From the NCBI GenBank assembly GCA_951406725.2, contig OX597823.1, positions 15,872,001 to 15,936,000 of the forward strand: a DNA stretch of 64,000 nt, read 5' to 3'. Below are positions 12,405-25,301 of this stretch, piece after piece. The position numbers and the translations under genes are program-made. Source of the DNA: Octopus vulgaris (lineage: Eukaryota). Under the pieces are notes generated by a model. That model saw only the letters and a program-made list of their open reading frames with translations, searched no databases and was not told the origin of the DNA. How positions within the stretch are numbered: position 1 is the stretch's first letter; each line of letters begins with the position of its first letter.

Positions 12405-12725
12405 TATAATGATACGACTGAGACACGTTTTAACATTGATCAGAATTAAGCAGCGACGACAATGACGAAAAGAACAACAGTGAAAAAGAACGATTACAAA
12501 TATAAAAATGAAAGAATTAAAAATGGTAAACTATCAAAGAAAAAAAAAGCATTACGCGAGCAGTTTGTGGGGAAAACAAAAGATTATATGAGATTATATA
12601 AGAAGAGATGAGCCGTGTTGAGAGCGTTGAGTAATAGTAATAGTAGTGTGTCGTGTATATACTTTTTTCTTCCCTGCTTCGTTATATTATATATCCAATA
12701 TACAAGGATATATAAAAAAAAACAA

Positions 12726-13396
12726 CAGATGATGATAATGTAGTATGATATATTGACACCAGATGATTATCACATCGCAGAATGTATTGGGACCAGATGG
12801 TGATAATATACCGAGATAAATTCAGACTAAATGATCATAATTTTATAAAAAGACTAGCAGTATCGCCCGGCGTTGCTCAGGTTTGTAAGGGAAATAACTA
12901 TAAAGCATTTTTAGAGAGTTATAGCCCAAAAATAGCAAAAAAATGGAAAAAAAATGATGGTAAATTTTTTTGAGAGTTAAAAAAGGTGGAGTTGCGCCCC
13001 TAGACGGTCTGCGGTTTGGGTTTCTGATTCTCGACCCCATGTCGAATTTATCGATTTTTTTCAGAACTGGGGGAACTTGTCAAAATTTTCGCTGCGTTAG
13101 TTTTGAATTATGACATTGGGCTATGTGTGTGTCAAGTTTCATCAGAATCGGTTGAAAGCCGTGGTCAGAGTGAGGGTACGAGAAAACAGACACACAGAAA
13201 CACGCACAGACAAACTGCCGTTTATATAGAGAGAGATGCACTGAGATCAGCTAACAATAACATTGCAAGATTTTCTGAGATCAGTTCATCATAACGTAGA
13301 GGGATTTATTGAGACCAGATGATCATAATGTAACTAAATGAATTGAGGCCAGATGATCGTAATGTTGCGGGATATACTGAAACCAGATGATCATAG
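12726..13396. repeat. Degenerate 34-bp minisatellite (~9 units) interrupted by a Helitron
   Basis: cagatgatcataatgt...attgagac recurs at a 34-bp period on both sides of the 12854-13236 insertion. Confidence 0.7.
12854..13236 (-). mobile_element. Non-autonomous Helitron
   Basis: Same termini (CTAG...GA on the plus strand), A|T insertion. Confidence 0.88.
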
Positions 13397-16199
13397 TGAA
13401 GACAAAAAGCAAAGTGTTCAAGATCATAGGTTTTGATGTAGTAAATGACATAATAATTTATCGTTATTGTTCAACCCCAAAATTGAACAAATTTACCATT
13501 AGAGGCTTTCCAGCCACGACCATTTCGTCTTTTCAGAAAACATATCCTTTGTTTTTCAAGATAGTGTGTGCGATATTTGAGAGAAATTTCATTGCTATTT
13601 CTAGTAGTCGAGTGACAATATAGAGGCCCCCTCACTTTTTGTATTTGTTTATAGTCAACTGATCATGCCATCATCAAGATAACATGAGTTGGAGAAGATC
13701 CTGCAAAACTTTCGTTGAGGTAAGGTAGGAGATTTTGAAGTTATTTACATTAAATTAATCTAGATGCTTACGACGTGAGAATCCTACTATTCACACACAG
13801 ATAAATCATTAAACTTTCTCAGAAGGCAAATGACTGGCTGTGGATCGGTGACTATCAGGGGCAGTCACAACAGCCATGTGCTATCATTGATTTACTTTCG
13901 TTTGTGACCGCTTTATTCATTCAACCACAGTAGGTAAATACCAGATGCGATTGAATTACTAAATAATTTTTTATCATTCTAAGCAACGAGGTTCGGTTCT
14001 TTCCATTGTACCAGGTTGATATAAATGAATGAAAAAACAGGTTTCTCATGAAAACTGAAGTCAAATAAAAGTGCATCAACGTAAACATATGAATACGTGT
14101 CTGATGTATGAGCGTGTATGCGAGGACAGGATGTTTGTGTATTTCTGTGAGTTTATATTAATGTATATTTCGTTATGATAGAGTGTATTTCTCTATGTGC
14201 ATGTGTTGTGTTTATTCATGACTTAGTGGAAGGAGGAAAAGGTAGAGGTCTCTGAAACATGTGATGGGGAGGAACGAATTAAGGAAGTTATCCTCAGACT
14301 GGAGTTCAAGCCCGAATACTTGCAACAGTGAAGCTTTCGTTAAGATTATTTCTACAGATACTCTATCGAATTTATTGCCAGCATTGATTTTTGCTACAAC
14401 GTTTCGTATCGAAACGTCAGATGTAAACAGATAATGTGAGCTAAGACAAAAGTGGATAATGAATGTATATGCCATATTTAGGCTTTTTTTTGCCTCCGAA
14501 CACATTGCCTATGCAGCTACTGCATGCAGCAGTGTTACGTTATTGGATATACTAATTCACGTAATAGACGCATTCCTTGGGCAGGTATGTAAACATTAAA
14601 GATTTGTAGGTACGCTGTAGCAAAATCAGTGGTGGCTCTAAGCTCTATGGGATATCTGTAGACATAATCTTAACAAAACAATGTAAGAACACTGCTGACA
14701 CAATAGAATGTGGTACTGATTTATGAAAACATTTAGTATACCTTATAGTATAATGTGTTTACATAACGAAGGACTTTTATTAAGGATTTCGTTAAAGGCC
14801 ATTTTGGTAGGGCTAAACAAGGTGACGGATTAAGTTTAACAGCAACGATGGGCTGCAGTAGTTTTACTTAATCAGGATTGATCTCAGGTTAAACAACAAT
14901 GCTGATAACTGTTAATGTTCGATAGTATTCCATAATCTACTGAAACCTGTAAGATGCAGTCATTTATTCTTTACTCTAAAGTGAAGATTCTGACATTGAG
15001 TCTAAATGTTTTCTTACATAGAACACAGACTCTCAGAACTTTAGAGGATAAGGAAATAGGAATTTTCTCATACAGTTCATGAGATTTCAGAATTATAAGA
15101 TGGAGGGTATGAGAGAAATGGGATATAATGATGCTCATAACATGAGTGGTATATAAAGCTTCAGGAAATCGAGACAAGAAGACGACAGACAAATGTGGTC
15201 ATAGATAAGAAGCTAGTCTAATACGGGGTAAATTATTCAAGATTAGATTCAAATTGATTCCTGAAAGCCCGTAAATCACGTGTCAAATTTATTAATCTAT
15301 CAGTATACAAGGAACATTATTAAAAAAAAATTTCACTGCTTTCTAGTGGGTTCAAAATTATGTTGCTTTTAATGGAAGGAAGTAAAGTCAATGGAATCGT
15401 TTACTGCTTGTATTGCTTTTAGCGATCCCGGAAGAGTGAAATGTGAAGTCGCCCTCCGTGAAATTTGAACGTAGAGTGTAGAATAAAGAAAGGAAAATCA
15501 AGAACTTCATTGTTAGAAACAGTTGCATTAGAATGCATTGAGTTGGTGTCTCAGTACGTTACCACAGGCTCATTTCATTGAAGTTCTTTCTAAATTAAGA
15601 CATCTATTGAGTCGATAAATACCTTATAATGTCAGACTAATGGCTAAAGTTTTAATGGTTGGTTCATAATCTTGGCCACGAAACTTTGCTTTTGTTGGCC
15701 CAATCTAAAACCTTTATATAATTGGATGCTGTTTGATTGTAACCCACATCAGTCGGTCGCCTCAAGTAGGGATATATATTAAAAGAATTCCAGATTTTCA
15801 TATTTGGAATTTATGAAAATCTCATTTTCTGCCATTTTGTACCTCAGCCAATATTATATAACGCATCCTTTTGTTTTTATGTAGGGTAATGTATGAAAGA
15901 CCTGATTGATTTTATTTTTAACAGTATGAGCGACTCCCTAAATCGTGGTGTTATAAGTAAGCACAGCACACAGATAGTAGGGGTAATACTTTGTTTTATT
16001 ATCATTCAGAAATGTTTGATTGGGTTGCAATGTCGACTATTAAGTCCTCTCCAAATATTTCAGTCTGTTCACGAAACCTTCAACAGTGACAACACAAGTA
16101 CAACAACATATACTTTGAGAAAAGTTTCTTTAGATGTTTATACTGTTTAAGTCTCCTCAGCCATGATTGGATCGAATCTTACAGAAGTGACTGGAACTC

Positions 16200-16537
16200 T
16201 TTTAGATGGAACACCACCCCTCTGAGGTAGAAATGCACTTCTTTCAGATGCGGCATCACTTCTTTTAGTATTCATTGAAGCTCTATCTGATGGAAATAAA
16301 CTACCTTCATATAGCATTATACTCCTTTAAGGTAAAGTATAACCGCTTCCAGTTGGGACTGCATTCTTTTCAGATGCGAGTGAACACCTTTCACGTAGGC
16401 GTTCACTCACATACACTCTTTTCAGATCGCACTGCAGCCACCTTTAAATTGCACTGCATTCCCTTTCAGATTACACCGAACCTTCTTTGAGATGCAACTG
16501 CATTTTCTTCAGATAAGACTGAACCAATTTCAGATGA
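16200..16537. repeat. Degenerate ~21-22-bp minisatellite
   Basis: Recurring ttcagat(g/t)-N-actgca/ctgaa-N-ct units. Confidence 0.55.
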
Positions 16538-16680
16538 TGAAGCTACCATTAGGTCATTTGATATTCTAGAAATAGTCACCAAATCTCTCTCGATTCACAA
16601 CATCGCTTTAAAAAATGGGAAGGCATATTGAACATCTTTGTCTGAAAAGATTTGATGACCACGGTCTTTGAGTTCTGTCT

Positions 16681-16866
16681 CTTTTATTTGTTTCAGTCAT
16701 TTGACTGCGCCCATGCTGGAGCATCACCTTCTAGTCGAACAAATCGACCCCAGGACTTATTCTTTGTAAGCCTAGTACTTATTCTATCGGTCTCTTTTGC
16801 CGAAACGCCAAGTTACCGGGACGTAAAAACACCAACATCGGTTGTCAAGCGATGATGGGGAACACA

Positions 16867-16905
<39 letters not shown>

Positions 16906-17141
16906 ACACACACACAGACACACACACACACTCACACACACCTATATGTATGTTTAAATATATATATATATATATATATACAACTGGCTTCTTTCAGTTT
17001 CCGTCTACCAAATCCACTCACAAGGCTTTGGTTGGCCCCAGGCTATAGTAGAAGACTTGCCCAAGTTGCCACGCAGTGGGACTGAACCCGGAACTATGTG
17101 GTTGAGAAGCAAACTTCTTACCACACAGCTACGCCTGCTCC
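16681..17141 (-). mobile_element. SINE family B
   Basis: Full-length homology to 30619-31026, with an internal CA/TA tract. Confidence 0.88.
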
Positions 17142-17854
17142 TATTTGATTAAATGTAACGTGGGACTAAACTGCAAAAGCAACTGCACCGATATTTCCAA
17201 ACTTGTTGAAAGTTATTGCTTAAACCTGGTTAGTTCCAATGGAAAGTAAAGCATCCTACTAGTGACCTACCCGTCTTTTATTCAGATACAGAGTAACTCG
17301 AAATGAACTATTTTATGTGTTTGTCGACTTGTTTTTGAAGACGAAAGTGTGTAATCTAAGACAGATTTGGCCGCCATGTTTATTCCGTCGAGCGACCACA
17401 TAGAAGTTACCTCTAAAATGTGATGGATCAGCGAAATCTGTAAGTCTTTCGCTGCAACGACTCTATTCTTCTTTTAAGATAGTTATTACTAGAAAGTAGA
17501 AAAACATAATTTGAGACGATAGACCGCATAAATTCTTAAACTTCTTCAGAAGGCAAATAGATATAGTCAAATGACTTCGAAGGACAAACACGGCGTTCAT
17601 ATACTTTTGTTAATGTACTTTTGTCTGTGATCTCAACTTATATAAGAGATCCTTGTCTTCATTGAATCGCATCAAGTGTAATATCTGATACGATAGGTTG
17701 ACAAAAGGGTTTTAGTCATTCTATGATATCAGTTTATTTATTCAATTGCATAACCCTTTTGTTTTTCATTCTATTGTATCAAGGAAATATTTGATACAAC
17801 TGAATGAATAAAGAGGTTTGTAAATGGAGGCAGAAGTCACAGGCAAGAGTACAT

Positions 17855-18121
17855 CTAGCGTATCTAGCTGTACGCACACACCGCGTACAAATTCCTATGT
17901 TTTAGCGATTTTGAATGGATATGCCCACAACTTATGGGCATAAGGGGTCGGTTTATCGATTCTTTTAATAGCTTTCTGGGGTGACTGGGGAAATGAAAAG
18001 ATCTTCCCGACCACCCTTAGACAGTTTTGAAAGCCCATAGAAAATGCGAGCCTTTTACGTGAAAAACTGGATTTGTATAAAGGACACACAGATACACAGA
18101 CATTTTGCCGTTTATAGATAT
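17855..18121 (-). mobile_element. Partial Helitron (5' part of the 19269-19833 subfamily)
   Basis: Near-identical to about 19550-19828. Confidence 0.75.
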
Positions 18122-18670
18122 ATGTGAAAGTGGTGACGGTGCAAGAATGCGCGCACACGAGTGCGTATGTGTGCCTGCGTACGTGCATGCGTGCGCGCGT
18201 GTTATTTCATTTGTTCATATTCCTGTGTATGTATGTATGGGTGTGTGTGTGTGCGTTGTGTTTAGGTTGTTTCATTACACGATTCCCTGAAAGGTGGAGA
18301 AGGTAATATCAAGAACATTTTTTCAGGGTCTCTGAGTCATGTAACAGGAAGAAAAAGAGGAAGGAAGGAAGGAAGGAAGGAAGGAAAGAAATTATCCTTA
18401 GACTGGAGACATAGTCTAAATGTTTGCTACAGTGCGGACTCCGCGAAAAGCATCGAAGAGGCATTTTGACGGCGTTAAATCGAGTGATGGATTGAATTTA
18501 ATATCCAAGGACAGGAACGATAGTCTTTCGCACAATTTCCATTTACCAAATTCCATTGACAAGGTTCTGGTCAACCCGAGATTACGGTAGTAGAAGACAC
18601 TTGCACGAGATGTCAAGCCATGGTATGTTTGCAATTTTTGATTTATATACCTAAGAGTAGCTGTGTGTAT

Positions 18671-18717
<47 letters not shown>

Positions 18718-18912
18718 TACGTGTGTGTGTGTGCGTGCGTGTGTGTGTGTGTGTGTGTGACTGTAACTATAGTGTAAGTACAACAACCTAAATAAATGAA
18801 AGGGCTGGATAGATTTATTGTGGATGATAGAAAGTTCGAGGATTACAATCCAGAATGAAATTACTAATCACTATGCGTAACTGAAGTGTTCAACACACAC
18901 ACATACACACAC

Positions 18913-18995
<83 letters not shown>

Positions 18996-19268
18996 CTCTA
19001 ATTTCTGGGTTATTATTTTAGAAAATTTTTTTAGAATAACAACAGAATAATTGCTAATAGTGACCTCTCAGTATTGAAAGTAGGGTCGAATTTCTCATGA
19101 AATTCCTTTTGGTTGCTATTTCTCGCTCGTTATGTAACCACTCAGAAGTTATTACATTATGTGGTATTGATATCTGAAGGATCAGCAAAAACTTGGTTAT
19201 CTGCCCGTCTCTACTCTAAGGATACACAACTTCTAAAATGACTAATGAGAAAGTAGAATTATAAGAGA

Positions 19269-19833
19269 CTAGCACTATGACCCGGCGTTGCTGGGTCATA
19301 GTGCTAGTGAAGCATATTTGGTCTTTCATGAAAATTCCGCTCTACTTGTCATTCATTTGGTCTAACTCGTTAATCATTCCCTGCATTTCTCAAATCAAAA
19401 AAGCGTGCACGTTTGAAAGACAAAACATGATAATGCATATTCTCAAAACACAAAAATGCACTGAGTCATACAGACTGCAAATGCGCACGCGCAATCAACT
19501 GTCAAGGGTAAAATTAATCTCCGTCCAATCAAAAAACAGCTGGCAGTCTATTAGCGTATCTAGCTGTACGCACACACGGCGTACAAATTTCTATGTTTTA
19601 GCGATTTTGAATGGATTATGCCCACAACTTATGGGCATAAGGGGTCGGTTTATCGATTCTTTTAATAGCTTTCTGGGGTGACTGGGGAAATGAAAAGATC
19701 TTCCCGACCACCCTCAGACAGTTTTGAAAGCCCATAGAAAATGCGAGCCTTTTACGTGAAAAACTGTGGATTTGTATAAAGGACACACAGACACACAGAT
19801 ATACAGACATTTTGCCGTTTATAGATATAGAGA
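19269..19833 (-). mobile_element. Non-autonomous Helitron (third subfamily)
   Basis: A|CTAG...tatagatatagaGA|T termini on the plus strand; terminal 15-bp perfect hairpin. Confidence 0.8.
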
Positions 19834-20058
19834 TCATCGTTTGGGTGGATGGACCATTTAACTCTCATTTAACGCTCATTGGGCGGCAAATTAAATAGTT
19901 GTCATTTTATTGTCAAACAATTTATAGTGTAAAAACCTGATACATGTGAATGAAGGAAAAAGGGTTCTTATGAAAGCCGGTTTCAAAGACAAAAATACGT
20001 AAATGAAAGCATACGGGGGCGGGGGGGGGGGGGCATGTTTGCTTTATGTATCTGTATA

Positions 20059-20096
<38 letters not shown>

Positions 20097-20102
20097 GGAG
20101 GG

Positions 20103-20812
20103 AGAAGAAGAAGAAGAAGAAGAAGAAGGAGGAGGAGAAGAAGGAGAAGAAGAAGAAGAAGAAGTAGAAGAAGAAGAAGAAGGAGAAGAAAAGGAGAAGA
20201 AGGAGAAAAAGAAGAAGAAGAAGGAGAAGAAAAGGAGAAGAAGGAGAAGAAGAAGAAGAAGAAGGAGAAGAAGAAGAAGAAGAAGAAGAAGAAGAAGAAG
20301 AAGAAGAAGAAGAAGAAGAAGAAGAAGAAGAAGAAGGAGAAAAGAAGAAGAAGAAGAAGAAGAAGAAGAAGAAGAAGAAGAAGAAGAAGAAGAAGAAGAA
20401 GAAGAAGGAGAAGAAGAAGAAGAAGAAGAAGAAGGAGAAGAAGAAGAAGAAGAAGAAGGAGAAGAAGAAGAAGGAGAAAAAGAAGAAGAAGGAGAAGAAG
20501 AAGAAGAAGAAGGAGAAGAAGAAGAAGAAGAAGAAGAAGAAGGAGAAGAAGGAGAAGAAGAAGAAGGAGTTGAAGAAGGAGAAGAAGAAGAAGAAAAAGA
20601 AGAAGAAGAAGAAAAAGAAGAAGAAGAAGAAGAAGAAGAAGAAGAAGAAGGAGAAGAAGAAGAAGAAGAAGAAGAAGAAGGAGAAGAAGAAGGAGAAGAA
20701 GAAGAAGAAAACGAAGAAGAAGAAGAAGAAGAAGAAGAAGAAGAAGAAGAAGAAGAAGAAGAAGAAGAAGAAGAAGAAGAAGAAGAAGAAGAAGAAGAAG
20801 AAGAAGAAGGAG
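20103..20812. repeat. ~700-bp (GAA/GGA)n polypurine tract
   Basis: Read directly from the sequence. Confidence 0.97.
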
Positions 20813-20980
20813 AGGTGGGTATGCTTGCGTGTTTTTCCGTGCTTGAGTAGGCATATCTTTTTGTGTGTAATTTTGTTGTGCTTCTGTTGGTGTTTTTCTT
20901 TGACATGGTTTGCTGAAAGGCGGAGAAAGCAACGCCTTTACCAATTGAAAGCGTTGTGTTGGTTAAATGCAAGCATATAC

Positions 20981-21388
20981 TCTTTACTCTTTTACTTGTT
21001 TCAGTCATTTGACTGCGGCCATGCTGGAGCACCGCCTTTTAGTCGAGCAAATCGACCCCGGGACTTATTCTTTGTAAGCCCAGTACTTATTTTATCGGTC
21101 TCTTTTGCCGAACCGCTAAGTAACGGGGATGTAAACACACCAGCATCGGTTGTCAAGCAATGCTAGGGGGACAAACACACACACACAAACACATACACAC
21201 ACACATATATATATATACATATATACGACAGGCTTCTTTCAGTTTCCGTCTACCAAATCCACTCACAAGGCATTGGTCGGCCCGGGGCTATAGCAGAAGA
21301 CACTTACCCAAGATGCCACGCAGTGGGACTGAACCCGGAACCATGTGATTGGTTAGCAAGCTACTTACCACACAGCCACTCCTGCGCC
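20981..21388 (-). mobile_element. SINE family B (young, full length)
   Basis: Near-identical reverse complement of 30619-31026. Confidence 0.9.
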
Positions 21389-21595
21389 TATGTAGAACAA
21401 AAAAATAGAAATAGAGACGACGAGGACTTCTAAACCAAATGTTTTTATAACGCTATGGTAATACAATCAAACGTTTAAAACTACATAAATGAGTTTACAA
21501 GAGTGCAAGAAAATTTGAAATATACTTTAACGTGTGTATTGTGCGTTCGGTAAATTGTCAACACACGTTTCTATGTGTACGGTTGTTTACTCTCT

Positions 21596-22012
21596 TTCTC
21601 TTTACTATTTTACTTGTTTCAGTCATTTGACTGCGGCCATGCTGGAGCACCGCCTTTAGTCGAGCAAATCGACCCCAGAGCTTATTCTTTGGAAGCCTAG
21701 TTCTTAATCTATCGGTCCCCTTTGCCGAACCGCTAAGTTGCGGGGACGTAAACACACCAGCATCGGTTGTCAAGCGATGTTGGGGTGGGGTGGACAAACA
21801 CAGACACACAAACATATACACACATATACACACATACATACATACACACATATACATACATATATACGATGAGCTTCTTTCAGTTTCCGTCTACGAAATC
21901 CACTCACAAGGCTTTGGTCGGCCCGAGGTTATAGTAGAAGACACTTGTTGAAGATGCCACGCAGTGGGACTGAACTCGGCACCATGTGGTTGGTAAGCAA
22001 GCTACTTACCAC
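21596..22012 (-). mobile_element. SINE family B
   Basis: Same body and tail; head slightly truncated. Confidence 0.88.
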
Positions 22013-22254
22013 GTTACCATCAGAGTTAATATTTAGAGAAAACAAGTCCTAGAGACATGAGAGATCGAAATGTGAAGTCATGTATTTGTCATTTGCATTA
22101 TTGCGTATGTCTTGAGTGAAGCAAAAGGAGTAATTCATCGCCATCTGTGTATCATATTAAATACACACATTTTGAAGGTACGAGGCTGTGGAATTGTCTG
22201 AGATAAAATCTCTTCATAGACTTGTGTTAAACACGCATTGAACATCGCTTCTGA

Positions 22255-22639
22255 TGGAAGCACTCCGTCGGTTACGACAACTGGGGTTCCGGTTGATCCG
22301 ATCAACGGAACAGCCTGCTCGTGAAATTAACGTGTAAGTGGCTGAGCACTCCACAGACACGTGTACCCTTAACGTAGTTCTCGGGGATATTCAGCGTGAC
22401 ACAGAGAGTGACAAGGCTGGCCCTTTGAAATACGGGTACAACAGAAACGGGAAGTAAGGGTGAGAGAAAGTTGTGGTGAAAGAGTACAGCAGGGATCACC
22501 ACCATCCCCTGCCGGAGCCTCGTGGAGCTTTAAGTGTTTTCGCTCAATAAACACTCACAACGCCCGGTCTGGGAATCGAAACCGCGATCCTACGACCGCG
22601 AGTCCGCTGCCCTAACCACTGGGCCATTGCGCCTCCACC
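22255..22639 (-). mobile_element. SINE family A
   Basis: Full length; TSD-like acatcgcttct(g/a)atg on both sides. Confidence 0.9.
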
Positions 22640-23397
22640 ACATCGCTTCTAATGCTAAATGGAAATGAAAAGTCTTCATAGACTTGTGTTAAACACGCAT
22701 TGAACATCGCTTCTAATGCTAAATGGAAATGAAAAGGTTTTAAATTTTGGCTCAAGGCCGGCAATTTCGTGGATGTGGGTAAATTAATTACATCGACTCC
22801 AATGCTCGACTGATACTTATTTTATCGACTGCGAAGAATAAAAGGCAAAGTTGATCTAGGCAGCGTTATTAACAATAATTTATGTGTGGAGAGGAATATC
22901 AAAATGAACAGCTTGTATGGTATGATTTATGTGAAATTCCAAATGGCAAACTTTCCCGATAGTTTATCTTACTGAATCTACAAGTCTAAATCGCTCCAAG
23001 GCAGTTGGCGAGTAGTCGCTGTGACTGGTCAGTTTGATTAGCAGCTTAAGACACTTCCTACGAGGTCTGGGGAAAAATGCATGTAACTAGTAACATTTTT
23101 AGGCTTTTTCGAGCCGAGAGATCGAAACAAAACTGATTGACGATTAAGAATAAATACAAATACTTTAATTTATGAGTGAGCACAATTGATTCTCTGTCTG
23201 TGTGTGTGAGTTCGAGGTGAAGACAAAAAAGTATGGAATACCATAAGAAGTGCAATACTATTCATTTTTCCAAGGCTTTTGAGCGCTGAGACAGAAAAGA
23301 AGGATACTATCCTTAGATCTAGGCTTGCAAAAGAGTTCACTCGGTTAGAGACATCAAAGAGCCAAGTGTTAGCGTTAAACTGAGTGACGGATTAAAC

Positions 23398-23450
23398 CAG
23401 TGGTTCCCAACCTGGAGCCCGCAACGGTAATACTGGGGTTCCGTGAACTA
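23398..23450 (+). mobile_element. hAT (Charlie-like) terminal fragment
   Basis: cagtggttcccaacc...ggggttccgtgaa resembles hAT termini; no partner end found. Confidence 0.4.
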
Positions 23451-23581
23451 AGTAGACAAAGTTGCAAAATCTGAAACCGGTACTAAAATGTTCATGATAA
23501 AATTATTTCAGCATTTTTTACTTTGTCTTATTTTCCTTATACATATCAACCTTCTACACACACACACATACACACACACAG

Positions 23582-23701
<120 letters not shown>

Positions 23702-24029
23702 GTCTATCTATCTACACACACATACATATATCTGCATTTATGTAATGTATATGCGTCTGAATGTTTGAGTGTATGTGAGAGTATCTGTGTGCGTGTGTGT
23801 GTGTGTGAGTGTGTGTGTGTGTGTGCGTGTGTGCGTGTGTGCGTGTGTGCGTGCGTGCATATGTGCTCGCGTGTGTAAAAATGTCAAATTCGTAACACAA
23901 GCTCATATTTTTATACATAGAATGCAGAGAACAGGGATGGAATGTCGAATATTATCACCTGGCAGTGGGGGCTAGAGGCTTCTTTGAAAGGAAAATGACA
24001 ACGCTTTTCAAAAGAAGATTTGTTTTTTT

Positions 24030-24610
24030 TAGCTCCGAGCTGCGAAACGAGAGTACAGGAGGCGGTCGAAAAAGTCAGCTTCTATATATGGCTGAAGCGG
24101 GAAGACCAAAAATGGCTTGAAAGTCATAACATACCGGTGGGAAATAACATCATTAGGTGAGACAAGCTGACACTGAATCAGCTTCGCTGACTGATAGGTG
24201 ACGGTCGTTTAGAAAAAGCGCGGGCTAAAACTACGTGCCTTCACTAGTCAGTTAGGGTGAGACAGTGTCACGTGACAACTTGCTGGGGCTGCCTGCTGGA
24301 GCCTAGCGGCAGGTATTTAAAGGGAAAAAATTGACAAATCAGTCAGTCACCGGCTGACACACGCTGACGATACATCGAAGAGGCCAGGGAACAGAAGAAA
24401 GAAGACATGCACCCAACACCAGAGCGGAATACACCTCCGAAAGGGGGGGGGGCGTCATGTCAAAACGGTAGAGGATTAGGGGCCGAAACCGGACGTGGTT
24501 CCTCCTGATGATATCTTGAGCTAACTGGATCCTATAAAGCAGCTGTTGTGGTAGCAGACCATGAAACACGGTTGTAATTCCTCCTTCCTTTTTCTGGTCG
24601 TACCTTCCAC
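24030..24610 (+). promoter_or_regulatory. GC/CpG-enriched promoter-like or LTR-like segment
   Basis: Palindromic E-box tgtcacgtgaca at 24266-24277, TATA-like tatttaaa at 24314, Inr-like tcagtcagtc about 25 nt downstream. Confidence 0.35.
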
Positions 24611-24666
24611 TGTAGTTGAGAGAAATGAGAGATGACATTTTTCATGCACCAAATGCAGCGCCAGTT

Positions 24667-24715
<49 letters not shown>

Positions 24716-25239
24716 AGAGCAAAAAACAAAGAAAAAAAGAGCCATAGTTTTCTGCAATGTAGCGATGCTTTGATTTTTGTTTATTTTCTTCTCTTACACA
24801 TCTCACGAGGCACTGCTTTAGTATCTATATAATAATCTACTTGTTCGTTCACCTGTTATACTTCAGTAAGTTAAAGAGGTGGAGCGAGTGAGTGTTAGAG
24901 GGGAGTGAGTGAGAGGTGGAGCAAAAGTGAGAGAGAGAGAGGAAAGGAATGTCAGTAGAGAAGAAATGGGGGAAGAAGTAGAGAAAGATGTACAACAAGG
25001 TCAAATGCTTCACGTGGCTTGTTGAAGAGAGAGGCGAAGAGCGAGAGAAAAAGACGGTGAGAGAAAAGAGGGAGAGAGATGTGTTAACAACGTCCTCTAG
25101 GATGGGGGAGGGAAAGTTAAAGAGAACGAGATATGTTGAGGATACAATATTCAGCAGAGGGTAATGTTCGGATGGTGAGGTTAAAGAAAGTTAGATAGAG
25201 AAAGATGGACAGGGGAGGCAGTTACTTTAAAAGAGAGAA

Positions 25240-25301
<62 letters not shown>

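Noticed and set aside
12726-13396. CRISPR-like repeat/spacer appearance
   Set aside because: Units are degenerate along their whole length, the variable parts are short and related, there are no cas genes, and the context is eukaryotic.
19922-21166. Long ORFs of 175-349 aa, and the many YI/HT/CMYV/LSIY ORFs elsewhere
   Set aside because: They are translations of stop-free microsatellites.
24468-24515. GAAACC...GGTT followed by CTGATGA (permuted hammerhead)
   Set aside because: Only 4 nt separate the putative cleavage site and the core, so stem I cannot close, and no stem II partner was found.
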